DNA from: Podarcis liolepis
Lineage: Eukaryota
Assembly (NCBI GenBank): GCA_965112155.1
Contig: OZ218098.1
Direction: 5' to 3' (one strand)
DNA: 64,000 bases
Positions 39,765 through 49,698 of the stretch are shown here, in pieces; positions within the stretch are counted from its first letter, which is position 1, and each line of letters opens with the position of its first letter. The translations under genes were made by a program, and so were the position numbers. The notes beneath the pieces are model-generated. The model had not been told where the DNA came from. It saw nothing but the letters and a program-made list of their open reading frames with translations, and made no database searches.

Positions 39765-42680
39765 CTAGAGAAGAAAGTGTGGTAAGAGATGCTGTGGTTA
39801 GAGACATAAACAAGAACAAAAACACTTTCAACAACAATAAACCACTCAAGAGGGTAATTTTCTCTTTCCTAGGCATAAGGAAAATGTGTTTCTGAAAGAA
39901 GCCAGTGTCTTGCATGGTAACACCCACTAACAGACGCTTCCTTCCCTTACTATCAAGTCTGCTCATCACAGTTCTGCTTCAGTGGCATCATACGCTGCTT
40001 TCTTAAAGCTATTCCTTTCTCCTCCAATTGATACTGAAACTAAACATTAAGCTGACAGGCAGAGAAATGAGGTATACAAACAATACACAGCAACAGGTTC
40101 CAAAGAATGTGCGTGTCACGGAAACTGGGAGGTGGGTGGTAAACTCAGAATTTCTCAAATCAGAAGAAAGGAAGGCCTTCTGACCTACCTAAAATGCACA
40201 AGTGGAAGTGGCTGATAAGGTGTGGTAGGTCTAGGCTGGCTCCCTATTTGAGGAGGTTCTTGGCAAAGTGCTCTTGGGTGGGCCCCTCCTCTGTCGGGGG
40301 ATTTACCTGGCAGTGGGTGACAGGGAGTAGTGGCAGGATTCTGAGCAGATACATCTAACTGCCATTAAAATTTACACAATGCCCCAGAGTGTCAGGGACA
40401 CAAATATGATTGCTAGGTGCTCAGATGAAAAATATGTATTTTTAAAGGGGGCCTAGAACAGGCTTCAGCAGTAGCCATTTCAGGGCTCTGGGACTCTGGA
40501 AGCCCAAGGATGCTGAGTGCTCATGCTAGCACTGAATGGAAGCCTGCAAAATGCTACCACCACCGAGAAGGAGGAGAGCTCATTGCTTTTTCTATGAGAC
40601 CTCTGCTCAGGGCAGCCAAGGCAGGGGACCTGCTTGGCGTTGCACAAGCCACCCCCCTGGCTGCCTCCAATGTATGCTGCCTGCTAAGGATACAGGGTTC
40701 CCCACCCTTCCACCCCAGCCTGGTTTTTGGTCTCTGATCAGCTTCCGCTTCTCCAGCCATCTCTGAAAGCCTGCATGTGCTCTTGCTGATACTTTCTCCA
40801 CTAGCCACAGAAAGGGAGCCTCCTGGGAGAAAAAACAGGAAGCAGCAAGAACAAGGGATGACACTGAATATTGCCTGGCTTGGTTTCTTGGTGAGCAATG
40901 AAAGCAGAACCGCAGCTGCAAGGTGACACCACTGACGCAGGTACCCCATAAAGATTTCAAAGAAGAAAGTTCCTGGTGCATAAAACATTCCCCAACACAA
41001 ATAAGTAGACATATAGATTTCAAAACGCTTCCATTCCAGTGGGTAACCAAGGAGACGTTCTGCTGAGAAAGAGGAATGCAAAGGAGTAAACAACAACAAA
41101 AACCAGTGACAAATTCTAAGAATCAAAGTTGAAAAGTCACTTGAGGATAAGGTTTCCTAGGCCCTACTTTCAGCATCAATGTAACACTTTAACATGGCTT
41201 TTGCCAAGGTGAGTTGTAGCTAGTGAGGTGCTAAGAATTCTCTGGTGCTCTGGTACTGAGCAGCTGATTCCTCAAAACTTTTCATCTTCAGTCCTGTCCC
41301 TTACAAGGTCTCTCTGCCTTTCAGCTGTGCTTCCATGGCACCTGGCTAAATATTTGCATAACATGAGCATTCTATGAATCTGCAGGCTGATGTTTCTGGT
41401 TTTGCCCATAACGCAGATTCCCCCTTGTTTCACGTGTGAGAGGGCAGCAGGCTGAATTTCTAATGATTATATCTTTGCCAGATATTCAGAGATGCTAAGG
41501 GATAAATAATATCCCCATGCATTATATAAACAAATAAGACTGCAATGGCAGAAGAGGGCAGTGAAAATATCAATACCAATGCATAATGATGAATATAAGG
41601 TTAATAAGGAGACCCTGAGCTGAGGCACACACCTGGCAGGAGGAATGGGGATACAAGAAAACCAACCGTGCTGCTAATGGAACTGGAGTCTTAATTCCGT
41701 TGCTTCCCCTGCAGTCACACACACTAGATGGGAAGGTCTGCCGATGGAGCGTTTTGCCTTTTCTGTCATTGCTGTAATGCTTTTTGTACAGAGAGTGACT
41801 AATGCGCAGGCCAAGAGCTGTCCAAGCGGTTCGTCAGGAAAGCTGCTTACTTGTGGGGGCTGTTGTGCAAAACCACTGAAGCACCATGGTGCTTTTGGAT
41901 GACCCAAAATCTGCTCCTGACAATTATATCTACTAGAAATTTGGTGATCAGTTTCAAGACGGCTGCAACAAAAGCTTAAATCACCCACTGGCATGGTATG
42001 CACAGTATGTTTATGACTTAATAAGTCAAGATCTGCAACGAGCTGCGGTAGGAGTGCAGGGAGCTCGTTTCCATCTGCTTCAGTAATCTCTGCACAAGTA
42101 GCTGAAAAAGCCAGAATTCTGCTCTTAACCATAGTTCCCTACTACAACTGAACTTTCAAAGTACCAGAACAAGTGCCTTGTGTTAGCGAAGCTGCTATTT
42201 TTCTCCTATTCAGAAAGATGGAAGGTATCAAAAAGCACAATGTGAGAAGCAAGGAAGGTTGCTTTCTCTTCTGGCCCTTCAATAGACTCTGCTAGCTATC
42301 AAGCGACCTGCAGGAAATGCACAAAGAAAATGCAATTCCCCGAACTCTAAAGAAGTCAGATAAAATTAGTGGCATGGCAACTGCTTTTCCAGTAATCAAG
42401 GTTTTGCATTGGCTGTCTAATCCTGTTTCCAATGGCAAGATAGCCATCGATTTTGCATTGGGTTCATTCGTAGAGACAACTTTAGAATTCACTGCAGTCT
42501 TATTATATGAGCTACCCTGGTACAAACTCAGCTTATTACACTGCGAGCTACTTGCAGCAATCCCCGTGCATTCATTTCTCCCCCTCTCCACCCTCAAAAA
42601 CCCCTGGAGGTGGGGAGTGAGATGTGGGAATGCTCTTACACAGAAAGGGAAGGAGATAGGTATGCGTTGTGGTGTATATG

Positions 42681-42682
<2 letters not shown>

Positions 42683-42758
<76 letters not shown>
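42683..42758 (+). repeat. Compound microsatellite (GT)16(GA)22
   Basis: Directly visible. Confidence 0.97.
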
Positions 42759-42764
<6 letters not shown>

Positions 42765-43432
42765 ATGCTCATTTATGCTTGTGCGGGAAAGAGTAGCAAC
42801 CAAGGCTACTTTCACTCCAAAAGGTGGTTGGGTGCAAATCTCATCTTCCTGGGGGTGGCAAACACCATTCATAGACCTTTGTACATGGTAAATGAGAGAC
42901 AAACACAGAAGCACCCACTACATTCAAAAGTGCTCAAGAAGTTAAAACATTTATACAATTAACAAGGGATGTGTCGGATCCAGCCTGAGAAACTTTGCCA
43001 GTCTTATCAAAATTCTTTTTGCTTCCCCTTAAAAGCTTTGGAAGTTTCTCCAGAACAGGAACCCGTATCAATGTTTTGCTTATAATGAAATTCGGTGACA
43101 ACTCTACAATTAACTAAGCGCTCAGGAAAATGAGGAATCTCTCTTCATCTTTTCCAGTCCATTTAAAAAGGAGCTGCAGTGGAAAGGACTGTGATCTCCC
43201 TGGTAATTAATTATTCTGAGATGCTCCCTCCCCCAAATTAAATTCTTATACCAGAAAACTGAATCACAGATACTTTCTCCCCTCCCTTCCTCCCCTCAGA
43301 CAATCGGACTCCAGTGGAATTAAGGCTATCAACGGGATGTGAACTGCACAGATTAATGGTTGGGTTGATGCTTCCCAGAAAAGAGGAGTCATGTTAAGAT
43401 AAAAATAAGATCTATAGTTAGCTGTACTCTAC

Positions 43433-43477
43433 CTCCACAGTTCGTGCTCTCGTCAATGCTTGAGGCTGGCAGGATTA
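43433..43477 (-). CDS. SEMA5B: SEMA5B 45-nt juxtamembrane stalk exon
   Basis: Read manually. tctctttgtttAG acceptor and G|GTAGAG donor. Translates (V)ILPASSIDESTNCG, matching the recognised VILPASS stalk of SEMA5B. Phase 1-1. Confidence 0.9.
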
Positions 43478-44286
43478 CTAAACAAAGAGAAAAACAGTGG
43501 GGAGAAAAATGTCATTTTTGTCATCTGCGACATTGTGCAGGCAATTAAAATCCCTTTGCTCAATGCAAGGCAAGTTAATCTCTGCAGCAAATGGAGGGCC
43601 TCCCAGAGCTTTGGCAAAAAACACAGAATGTAATATAGTGAAAAAAAGTTTTAAGAAGAACATACTCTCTATTACATGAGAAAATTGTCTGGATTGCAAA
43701 CTATCCAAATACAACACAATAAGCGTCCTTAGAACTGTTTAATTCTGGCAAGAACTGTGCAAATTACAGAAATATAGAGATATAAAAAAAGACTCAAATG
43801 AGGCATTTAAATTGTGCTCATAAAATACCTGAATAAATGTGAATACCATATGATCCAATTAAATAATATTTTGACCAATGTATGACACAGACAGACGACC
43901 TTGCTATCTAAGGATGTGTCTGTTTGTGGTGCAGAATACAAAACTCCCTGATTATGTAAGATCTATTAGTCACAGAATCCTTCCCATCCCTAGATGGAGG
44001 TTAGCTATAATTCTAAACAGACTATAGCTACACCAAAGTTACTGCCATTTCATTTCCACGCATGGGATCCTAAAAATCCTCCTGAATCTCTTTCCTTCTG
44101 CAGGATGCCTTCTCCTTGCATAACTGAACTAATGGAATACTAGGCAGCATTCAATATACTCACTGCCTTACAAAACACAATCCTATCAATATTAAAAGTG
44201 GCAATCAGTTCTTTTTAGTAAGGCATCCATCTCAGCAATTAGTGGAGCCCTTTCCTTGCTCATTTAGCATGTGAAGTTGCACCCAC

Positions 44287-44436
44287 CTGGGATCTCATTG
44301 TACAAGCAGTCCTGGTATTGTGTGCTGTTCCCAGCACATTGGGAAGATCCTGGATTGTGGATTTCACAGTAACGACTACGATACTGGATCCCATCTTCGT
44401 TACACAAGCTCCATTCAGACCATTCGGACCAGCCTC
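44287..44436 (-). CDS. SEMA5B: SEMA5B coding exon (last TSP1 repeat)
   Basis: Not in the ORF track; read manually. ctcattcttaAG acceptor and G|GTGGGT donor. Translates (G)GWSEWSEWSLCNEDGIQYRSRYCEIHNPGSSQCAGNSTQYQDCLYNEIP. 150 nt, phase 1-1. Confidence 0.92.
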
Positions 44437-44726
44437 CTTAAGAATGAGAGATAAGACTTAAGCATGTGGGATGATCACAATGTCAAGCCAAGAAAAAAAC
44501 ATGAGGGATAAGCAAAGGACAAAAGGTCACATAGTTTCTGAATATGGAAACCCAACTGAGCATTTAGAAATAATGTCAAATACCCATGAACAGGGGAAGT
44601 CTGTTTTGAGAAGCATAAAGTAGACTGAAAAATGACAAAACCAGTTGTCTAGTTCTGTGATTCAGAACTTGGAAAAATGCTCTGCAACCGTCTTCTCAGC
44701 CGAGCTATTGTTTGGGAACAGACAGA

Positions 44727-45548
44727 CAGGTGAAACTCGAAAAATCAGAATATTGTGGAAAAGTTCATTTATTTCAGTATTTCAACTTAAAAGGTGAAAC
44801 TAATTTCCAAATGAGATGCAGAAGTTGCTCTCATCAGAAAAGAGGCCTTGGGACCACTGAGCAACAGACCAGTTCTTTTTTTCTTTAGCCCAGGTAAGAC
44901 GCTTCTGACGTTGTTTCTTGTTCAGGAGCGGCTTGACAAAAGGAATACAACATTTGAAGCCCATCTCCAGGATCCGTCTGTGTGTGGTGGCTCTTGATGC
45001 ACTAACTCCAGCCTCAGTCCACTCCTTGTGAAAGTCCCCAACACATTTGAATGGTCTTTTCCTGACAATCCTCTCCAGGCTGCGGTCATCCCTGCTGCTT
45101 GTGCACCTTTTTCTTCCACACTTTCCCCTTCCGCATAACTTTCCATTAATGTGCTTCGATACAGCACTTTGGGAACATCCAACTTCTTCTGCAATTACCT
45201 TTTGAGGCTTTCCCTCCTTATGGAGGGTCTCAATGACGGCTTTCTGCACAACTGTCAGGTCAGCAGCCTTCCCCATGATTGTGCTTCCTACTGAATCAGA
45301 CTGAGAGACAATTTAAAGGCTCAGGAACCCATTGCAGATGTTACAGATTGAATAGCTACTGCACCTTTTCTGAGATTGTTAATTTGGGGTTTTCATCAGC
45401 TGTACTCCATAATCATCACAATTATAACAAATAAAGGCTTGACATATCTCGCTTTGCATGTCATGAGTCTATCTCATATATTAGTTTCACCTTTTAAGTT
45501 GAATTACTGAAATAAATGAACTTTTCCACGATATTCTAGTTTCACCTG
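44727..45548 (-). mobile_element. Internally deleted Tc1-family (IR/DR type) DNA transposon
   Basis: Inverted termini CAGGTGAAACT...AGTTTCACCTG with about 70 nt of near-perfect inverted match (one 9-nt indel). TA at 45549-45550; the other flank is GA. An inner direct-repeat-like motif lies at about 45364-45385. Contains a Tc1 transposase N-terminal ORF. Confidence 0.93.
44800..45276 (-). pseudogene. Truncated Tc1 transposase ORF (paired-like HTH DNA-binding region through the first catalytic Asp), 158 aa
   Basis: ATG start. MGKAADLT...IAEEVGCSQSAVSKHI (HTH), GRKR linker, KPLL motif and WSQGLFSDESNF (first D of the DD34E triad). The ORF then runs into the inverted repeat, which supplies TAG. 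Confidence 0.9.
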
Positions 45549-45725
45549 TATCTATCTATCTAGCTATCTATCTCTATTTATTAATTTATTTCAAAATTAC
45601 TTTTGAAGAACAACAGAAGAATTACACCAGTCCTGAAATCTCAAATGCATTATGAAAACATATTTTTTAAAAGAACATAAATACAAAAATGATGGCGTTA
45701 TACAGAATAACAACAACAGGGCTAC

Positions 45726-45896
45726 CTTCACACAAGTGTGTGTTGCACAGTGCTTCCTCAGTGTGCAGTCCAATGCAGATATCCTCCCCATTAGAGGGCG
45801 CTGGGTTGGTGCAGGTTCGGGTGCGCTGGTAGTGCCCTCCTCCACAAGTTGCTGAGCACTGAGACCAAGGAGTCCAGCAGGACCACGAACCTTTCA
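45726..45896 (-). CDS. SEMA5B: SEMA5B coding exon (TSP1 repeat)
   Basis: ccttAG acceptor and G|GTAGCC donor. Translates (V)KGSWSCWTPWSQCSATCGGGHYQRTRTCTNPAPSNGEDICIGLHTEEALCNTHLCE. 171 nt, phase 1-1. Confidence 0.95.
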
Positions 45897-47177
45897 CTAA
45901 GGTTCCAAATAAAGGTTTCAAAATAAAACAATACAAAGATGCAGGCATACTTTTCACCCATCTGTTAATACCATCACAATAAAAAAAAACCCCAAATCAT
46001 TATTTCAAGGAGAAGAAAGCTATGGAGAAGCTACCACACCAGATGAATAGCATCCTAACTATTTGCCTACAAATACTGTTCCTCACTGTTCACAAGTCCC
46101 TATTGGTTTCTTTCTCTGCCAAAATGATTTAAGTTAGTTCATTGCATTTCTGGCCCCTCCAAGCACATAGTTCTGATAAAGGAGGGAAGGAATGGCTATG
46201 ATTATAATGCAAAAGTAATGACTATTCTCACACATGCACATTTTTTGCAATATCCAAACAATGTCATTGGCATCAAAAAGCCAGAACACATCCCCCCCCC
46301 CCACATTTAATCTGGATTTACCCTGTCTGAGAAAAATCTGATACATTAAAAAAAACACCTTTGCTAACAGTATATTTGTGATATATGAATGGCTCTTTAC
46401 AATATTAAGCCCCTGTCTGAAAGTCCCCTGGAAAAGCACTTTAGGGTACACAACACCAACAGGTGTGGTTTGGGGGGTTGGGAAAGGGTGGAGAAAATGG
46501 GGAAAGGAAGGCTCCTTTACTGTTCTAATCCAGTAAGAAGCAGGGCCATAATTTCAAGGACTAGTTAACAAGGAAATAATATTTCCTGATTGCCAGTCAG
46601 GAAAGAGTAACCAATACTTAGAGGTGGGTAAGCCATATTGAAATAAGCAAATCTGGACCATGGAATGGTGAGCAAAGTCAAAGTACCAGATCTAATCTTA
46701 AACTTAAAGACACATCTGATTCTGCACAGCTCTCGCTTTACTAAAGGAGCAGAAAGTTCTAATGTTTTTGAAGCAATGAGATTTTGTTGCAACCTCTCTG
46801 CGTGCAGTCCAAACTTTCTTTGCCTTTTGAGGGCTGAGCTTACAGCTACGTATGTTAAATGCCTTCTGCAAAAGTGCCAGCTCTAACATCAGGAGCAATC
46901 ATGCCATGCAGCAGGGTGAAGTGGTCAGCATTAGATGGCATCATGAGGCATGAATTGGTGTGTGAATGGTGCAGCGAGACTTTTCCACATTGTTGGCCCT
47001 AGCAGGGAAAAAGGGAACCATATGTTGGCTCTGCTTCGGGCAGGAAAATGCCTTGGGCCAGCACAGGCAAACATGCCCTACGATGGCAGGGTGAAGAGTA
47101 ATGGAAGAACTTCATAGCACGCTTCTTTAGCACGCTACTCACACTGAACAAAAGCAGGGAACGGTCACAGTATTTAC

Positions 47178-47396
47178 CTGGACAGGGATGTGGGTTGCAG
47201 TCCTGATATTCCATTGCAGATCCTATGCAAGGTAGGCCACCGTTTTTTGGCTCTGGATTGGTGCATGTTCGCTTCCTGGTTCTGAAGCCCAGCTCACAGT
47301 CTCGAGAGCAAGATGACCACCCTCCCCAAAAGGACCACCCACCATTAATAATCCGAATAGAGGTCTTGCCGCTTTTCAGAAGGTCATCAACTAAAG
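47178..47396 (-). CDS. SEMA5B: SEMA5B coding exon (TSP1 repeat)
   Basis: cccccAG acceptor and G|GTAAAT donor. Translates (S)LVDDLLKSGKTSIRIINGGWSFWGGWSSCSRDCELGFRTRKRTCTNPEPKNGGLPCIGSAMEYQDCNPHPCP. 219 nt, phase 1-1. Confidence 0.93.
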
Positions 47397-47872
47397 CTGG
47401 GGGGGGCAGTGGGGAGAGGGGGAGGAAAAAAGAAATATATAGGAATTAAACACATGGAAACCCCCAGCTTTCTTCCCAACCTTGCAGCAGCAGAAGTGGG
47501 CAAGGAGTGTTCAGATAGTTGCATGGTGAACTATGTTCCCTTCCCAGCTTCAAGGCTAAGAGGAAGGCTGAAAGACTTTTGGCCACTGTGTTGCCCAGAG
47601 CATCTTAGCCATACAAGGTCACATTGGCACTCTCTCTCTCTTTCCTTCTCTAAAGTAAGAGATTTCTGTGGCAGGTAAACTGCCAAGGCTTCACGAGCAC
47701 CCCAGTCACATGGGCACACTGGTAAGATTCCGTCCCCTGCAAGTGATCATGGCAAATACAGGTTACATTCATCACATAGTGAAGAAAAGAAACTGTGGTG
47801 CAGTAATTGAAATGAACCTGCTTAGCCCCACTCATGCCAACATGTGAGTGGTGCTAATGGTGCAGACACCAT

Positions 47873-48325
47873 GCAGTGGTGGTGGGCTGGATGAGGGCCA
47901 ATGCACTGAGCTTGAATCCTGGCAAGATGCAGGCCCTGTGGGTGAATAGTTATTGTATCCAAGAAATCGGCCAATTACCTGCCCTGGATGGGCTTGCACT
48001 CTCTCAGAAGGAGCAAATAAGAAGTCTAGGGGAGACACAGGTTTCTCACCAAAGGACCTGGTGGCTAGGAGCACTTTTTATCAGCTTCAGCTAGTGTGAC
48101 ATTGGTTCCTGGACCAGGATAGCCTGATCACAGTACTTCAGGCACTTCTGATTGGATTACTGCCATGCAGGTGGATCTTCCCTTGTGTTTGGCCCAGGAA
48201 CTGCAACTACTGCAGGATGATTGCCGGCAGGAGAGAGAGAGACCCTGCTGAGGGATGAGCTGCCAATTTGTTACTGTGTGTGTTACTATTGATATATAAA
48301 GCTTTCAACACCTTGGGACCAGTTT
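47873..48325 (+). mobile_element. Degenerate L2 LINE ORF2 fragment
   Basis: Translates WMRANALSLNPGK, resembling the WMxxNxLxLNPxKT motif of L2/CR1 reverse transcriptases. Downstream remnants include gattggattactg and tataaagc. Multiple stops. Confidence 0.7.
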
Positions 48326-48759
48326 GCTTACCCCATATATACCCACTCGACTGCTTCAATTCATGGCAACCCAATTATCTGAAATATCCCCACAATTGTG
48401 CTCTCAACCACATAGTCCTATCATGCGCTCCTGTAGTGTGCAATCACAGCAAGCTGAAGTGACCCCTATGCTGCTTGATGTGTGAAGGGCATCTTAATAA
48501 ACACAGGAATTAAGATTATGCACCTCCAGCAACACAGTGTTTGCAGGTGTGTGAAAAGCTCCCAAGCAAATTCCCTAATGCTCATCCATCCTGACAGAGT
48601 ATATACTGTCTCAATCTGCTGGCTTTGATTTGCTCTGTTGCTATCAACGTAGATCAGCATTTAACCAACCCTACGCTTCAGCTGCCCACAACCTCCAGCA
48701 TGAATAATAAGCAGCTTAGCTTGGCGCTCGTTCTAATCTCGCAATCTGGCAAGACGTAC

Positions 48760-48985
48760 AATCAGTGTCGCAAACAGCTGAGCCGTCATTGGGGCAGAAC
48801 CGACTCTCCGTCTTCTTCCTGCCAAACTGGAGGTCGTGAGGGTCAGCAAGCTGAGCGCGGCAGGTGTAGCGGAAACGCTGCTCTTGACGAGCGCCACTCT
48901 GAGTGATGTTGGTGGGCATCCATGGAGTCCAAGGTGTGTTTCTTCGGACCTCTGGGCAGGCCTCTGGGCTGCAGGTTTTATACTC
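48760..48985 (-). CDS. SEMA5B: SEMA5B coding exon (TSP1 region)
   Basis: tttctgtAG acceptor and T|GTACGT donor. Translates EYKTCSPEACPEVRRNTPWTPWMPTNITQSGARQEQRFRYTCRAQLADPHDLQFGRKKTESRFCPNDGSAVCDTD. 226 nt, phase 0-1. Confidence 0.93.
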
Positions 48986-49294
48986 CTACAGAAATAGGAG
49001 AAAATGGGGAAAGGACCCAATTATTAGCATTTACTTGAGGGTTTGCAGCTTTACCAATGCACTTGGGGACAATGACATTTAAGGAACAATAAGATAAACC
49101 CCCGAATATTTGACTCAAAATCACAAAACCACTGAAGCAGTAATAATGCTCAGAAGGTGTATAAATCAAGGTCTGGTATTGCTTCCAGTTCTTTAACAGA
49201 ATACAATGCTGAGGCGACAGGCCTGCGCATGTGTTACATAAAGTGCCCATACTAATGCATGCAAACGAATTCCATAGACAAAGGCCCAGTTGGA

Positions 49295-49407
49295 GGCGTT
49301 TCCATGCGCTCCGGCTTCCATCACGGTGTCCCGTTGCACCAGAAGCGGTTTAGTCATGATGGCCACATGATCCGGAAAGCTGTCTGTGGACAAATGCCGG
49401 CTCCCTT
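49295..49407 (+). mobile_element. Sauria SINE internal fragment
   Basis: ccagaagcggtttagtcatgatggccacatgatccggaa...gccggctccct matches the SINE body at 60262-60320. Confidence 0.8.
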
Positions 49408-49550
49408 CTTACCTAGCCCCTAGGTCAATTACCTGTAAGCTCCCTCTCTTGTCTTCTCTAAGCACAGGTGTATAGGACAAGTCCTTAAAAGACTGAGGAA
49501 AAGAGAGAATAAGAAAACAGCAACGAAAGCCTATCTGAATGAAAACGTAC

Positions 49551-49698
49551 CACAGCACAGCCTGGGCAGGAGTTTCCATTTTCACAAGACCTCTGCCTGG
49601 AGTGCACCCCTCCACCACAATTTGCGCTACATTTATTCCAAGGGCCCCACGAAGACCAGAAGATTGGCAATGGGCATGGACTGTTCTCATTGCAGAAC
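49551..49698 (-). CDS. SEMA5B: SEMA5B coding exon (TSP1 repeat)
   Basis: ccatccAG acceptor and GTG|GTACGT donor. Translates (R)FCNENSPCPLPIFWSSWGPWNKCSANCGGGVHSRQRSCENGNSCPGCAV. 148 nt, phase 2-0. Confidence 0.95.

Noticed and set aside
39765-39969. Hydrophobic N-terminal extension of ORF 39517-39969
   Set aside because: Intronic read-through upstream of the clear acceptor at 39765-39766. The real upstream sequence comes from the 45-nt exon.
40554-41126. 190-aa minus-strand ORF and overlapping 147-aa ORF in a SEMA5B intron
   Set aside because: Non-ATG starts, no recognisable domain, and the flanking SEMA5B exons already join in phase without it.
41674-42914. Cluster of 90-160 aa ORFs on both strands
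   Set aside because: Partly held open by the (GT)n(GA)n microsatellite (VCVC/RERE/SLSL runs). No domain or splice support.
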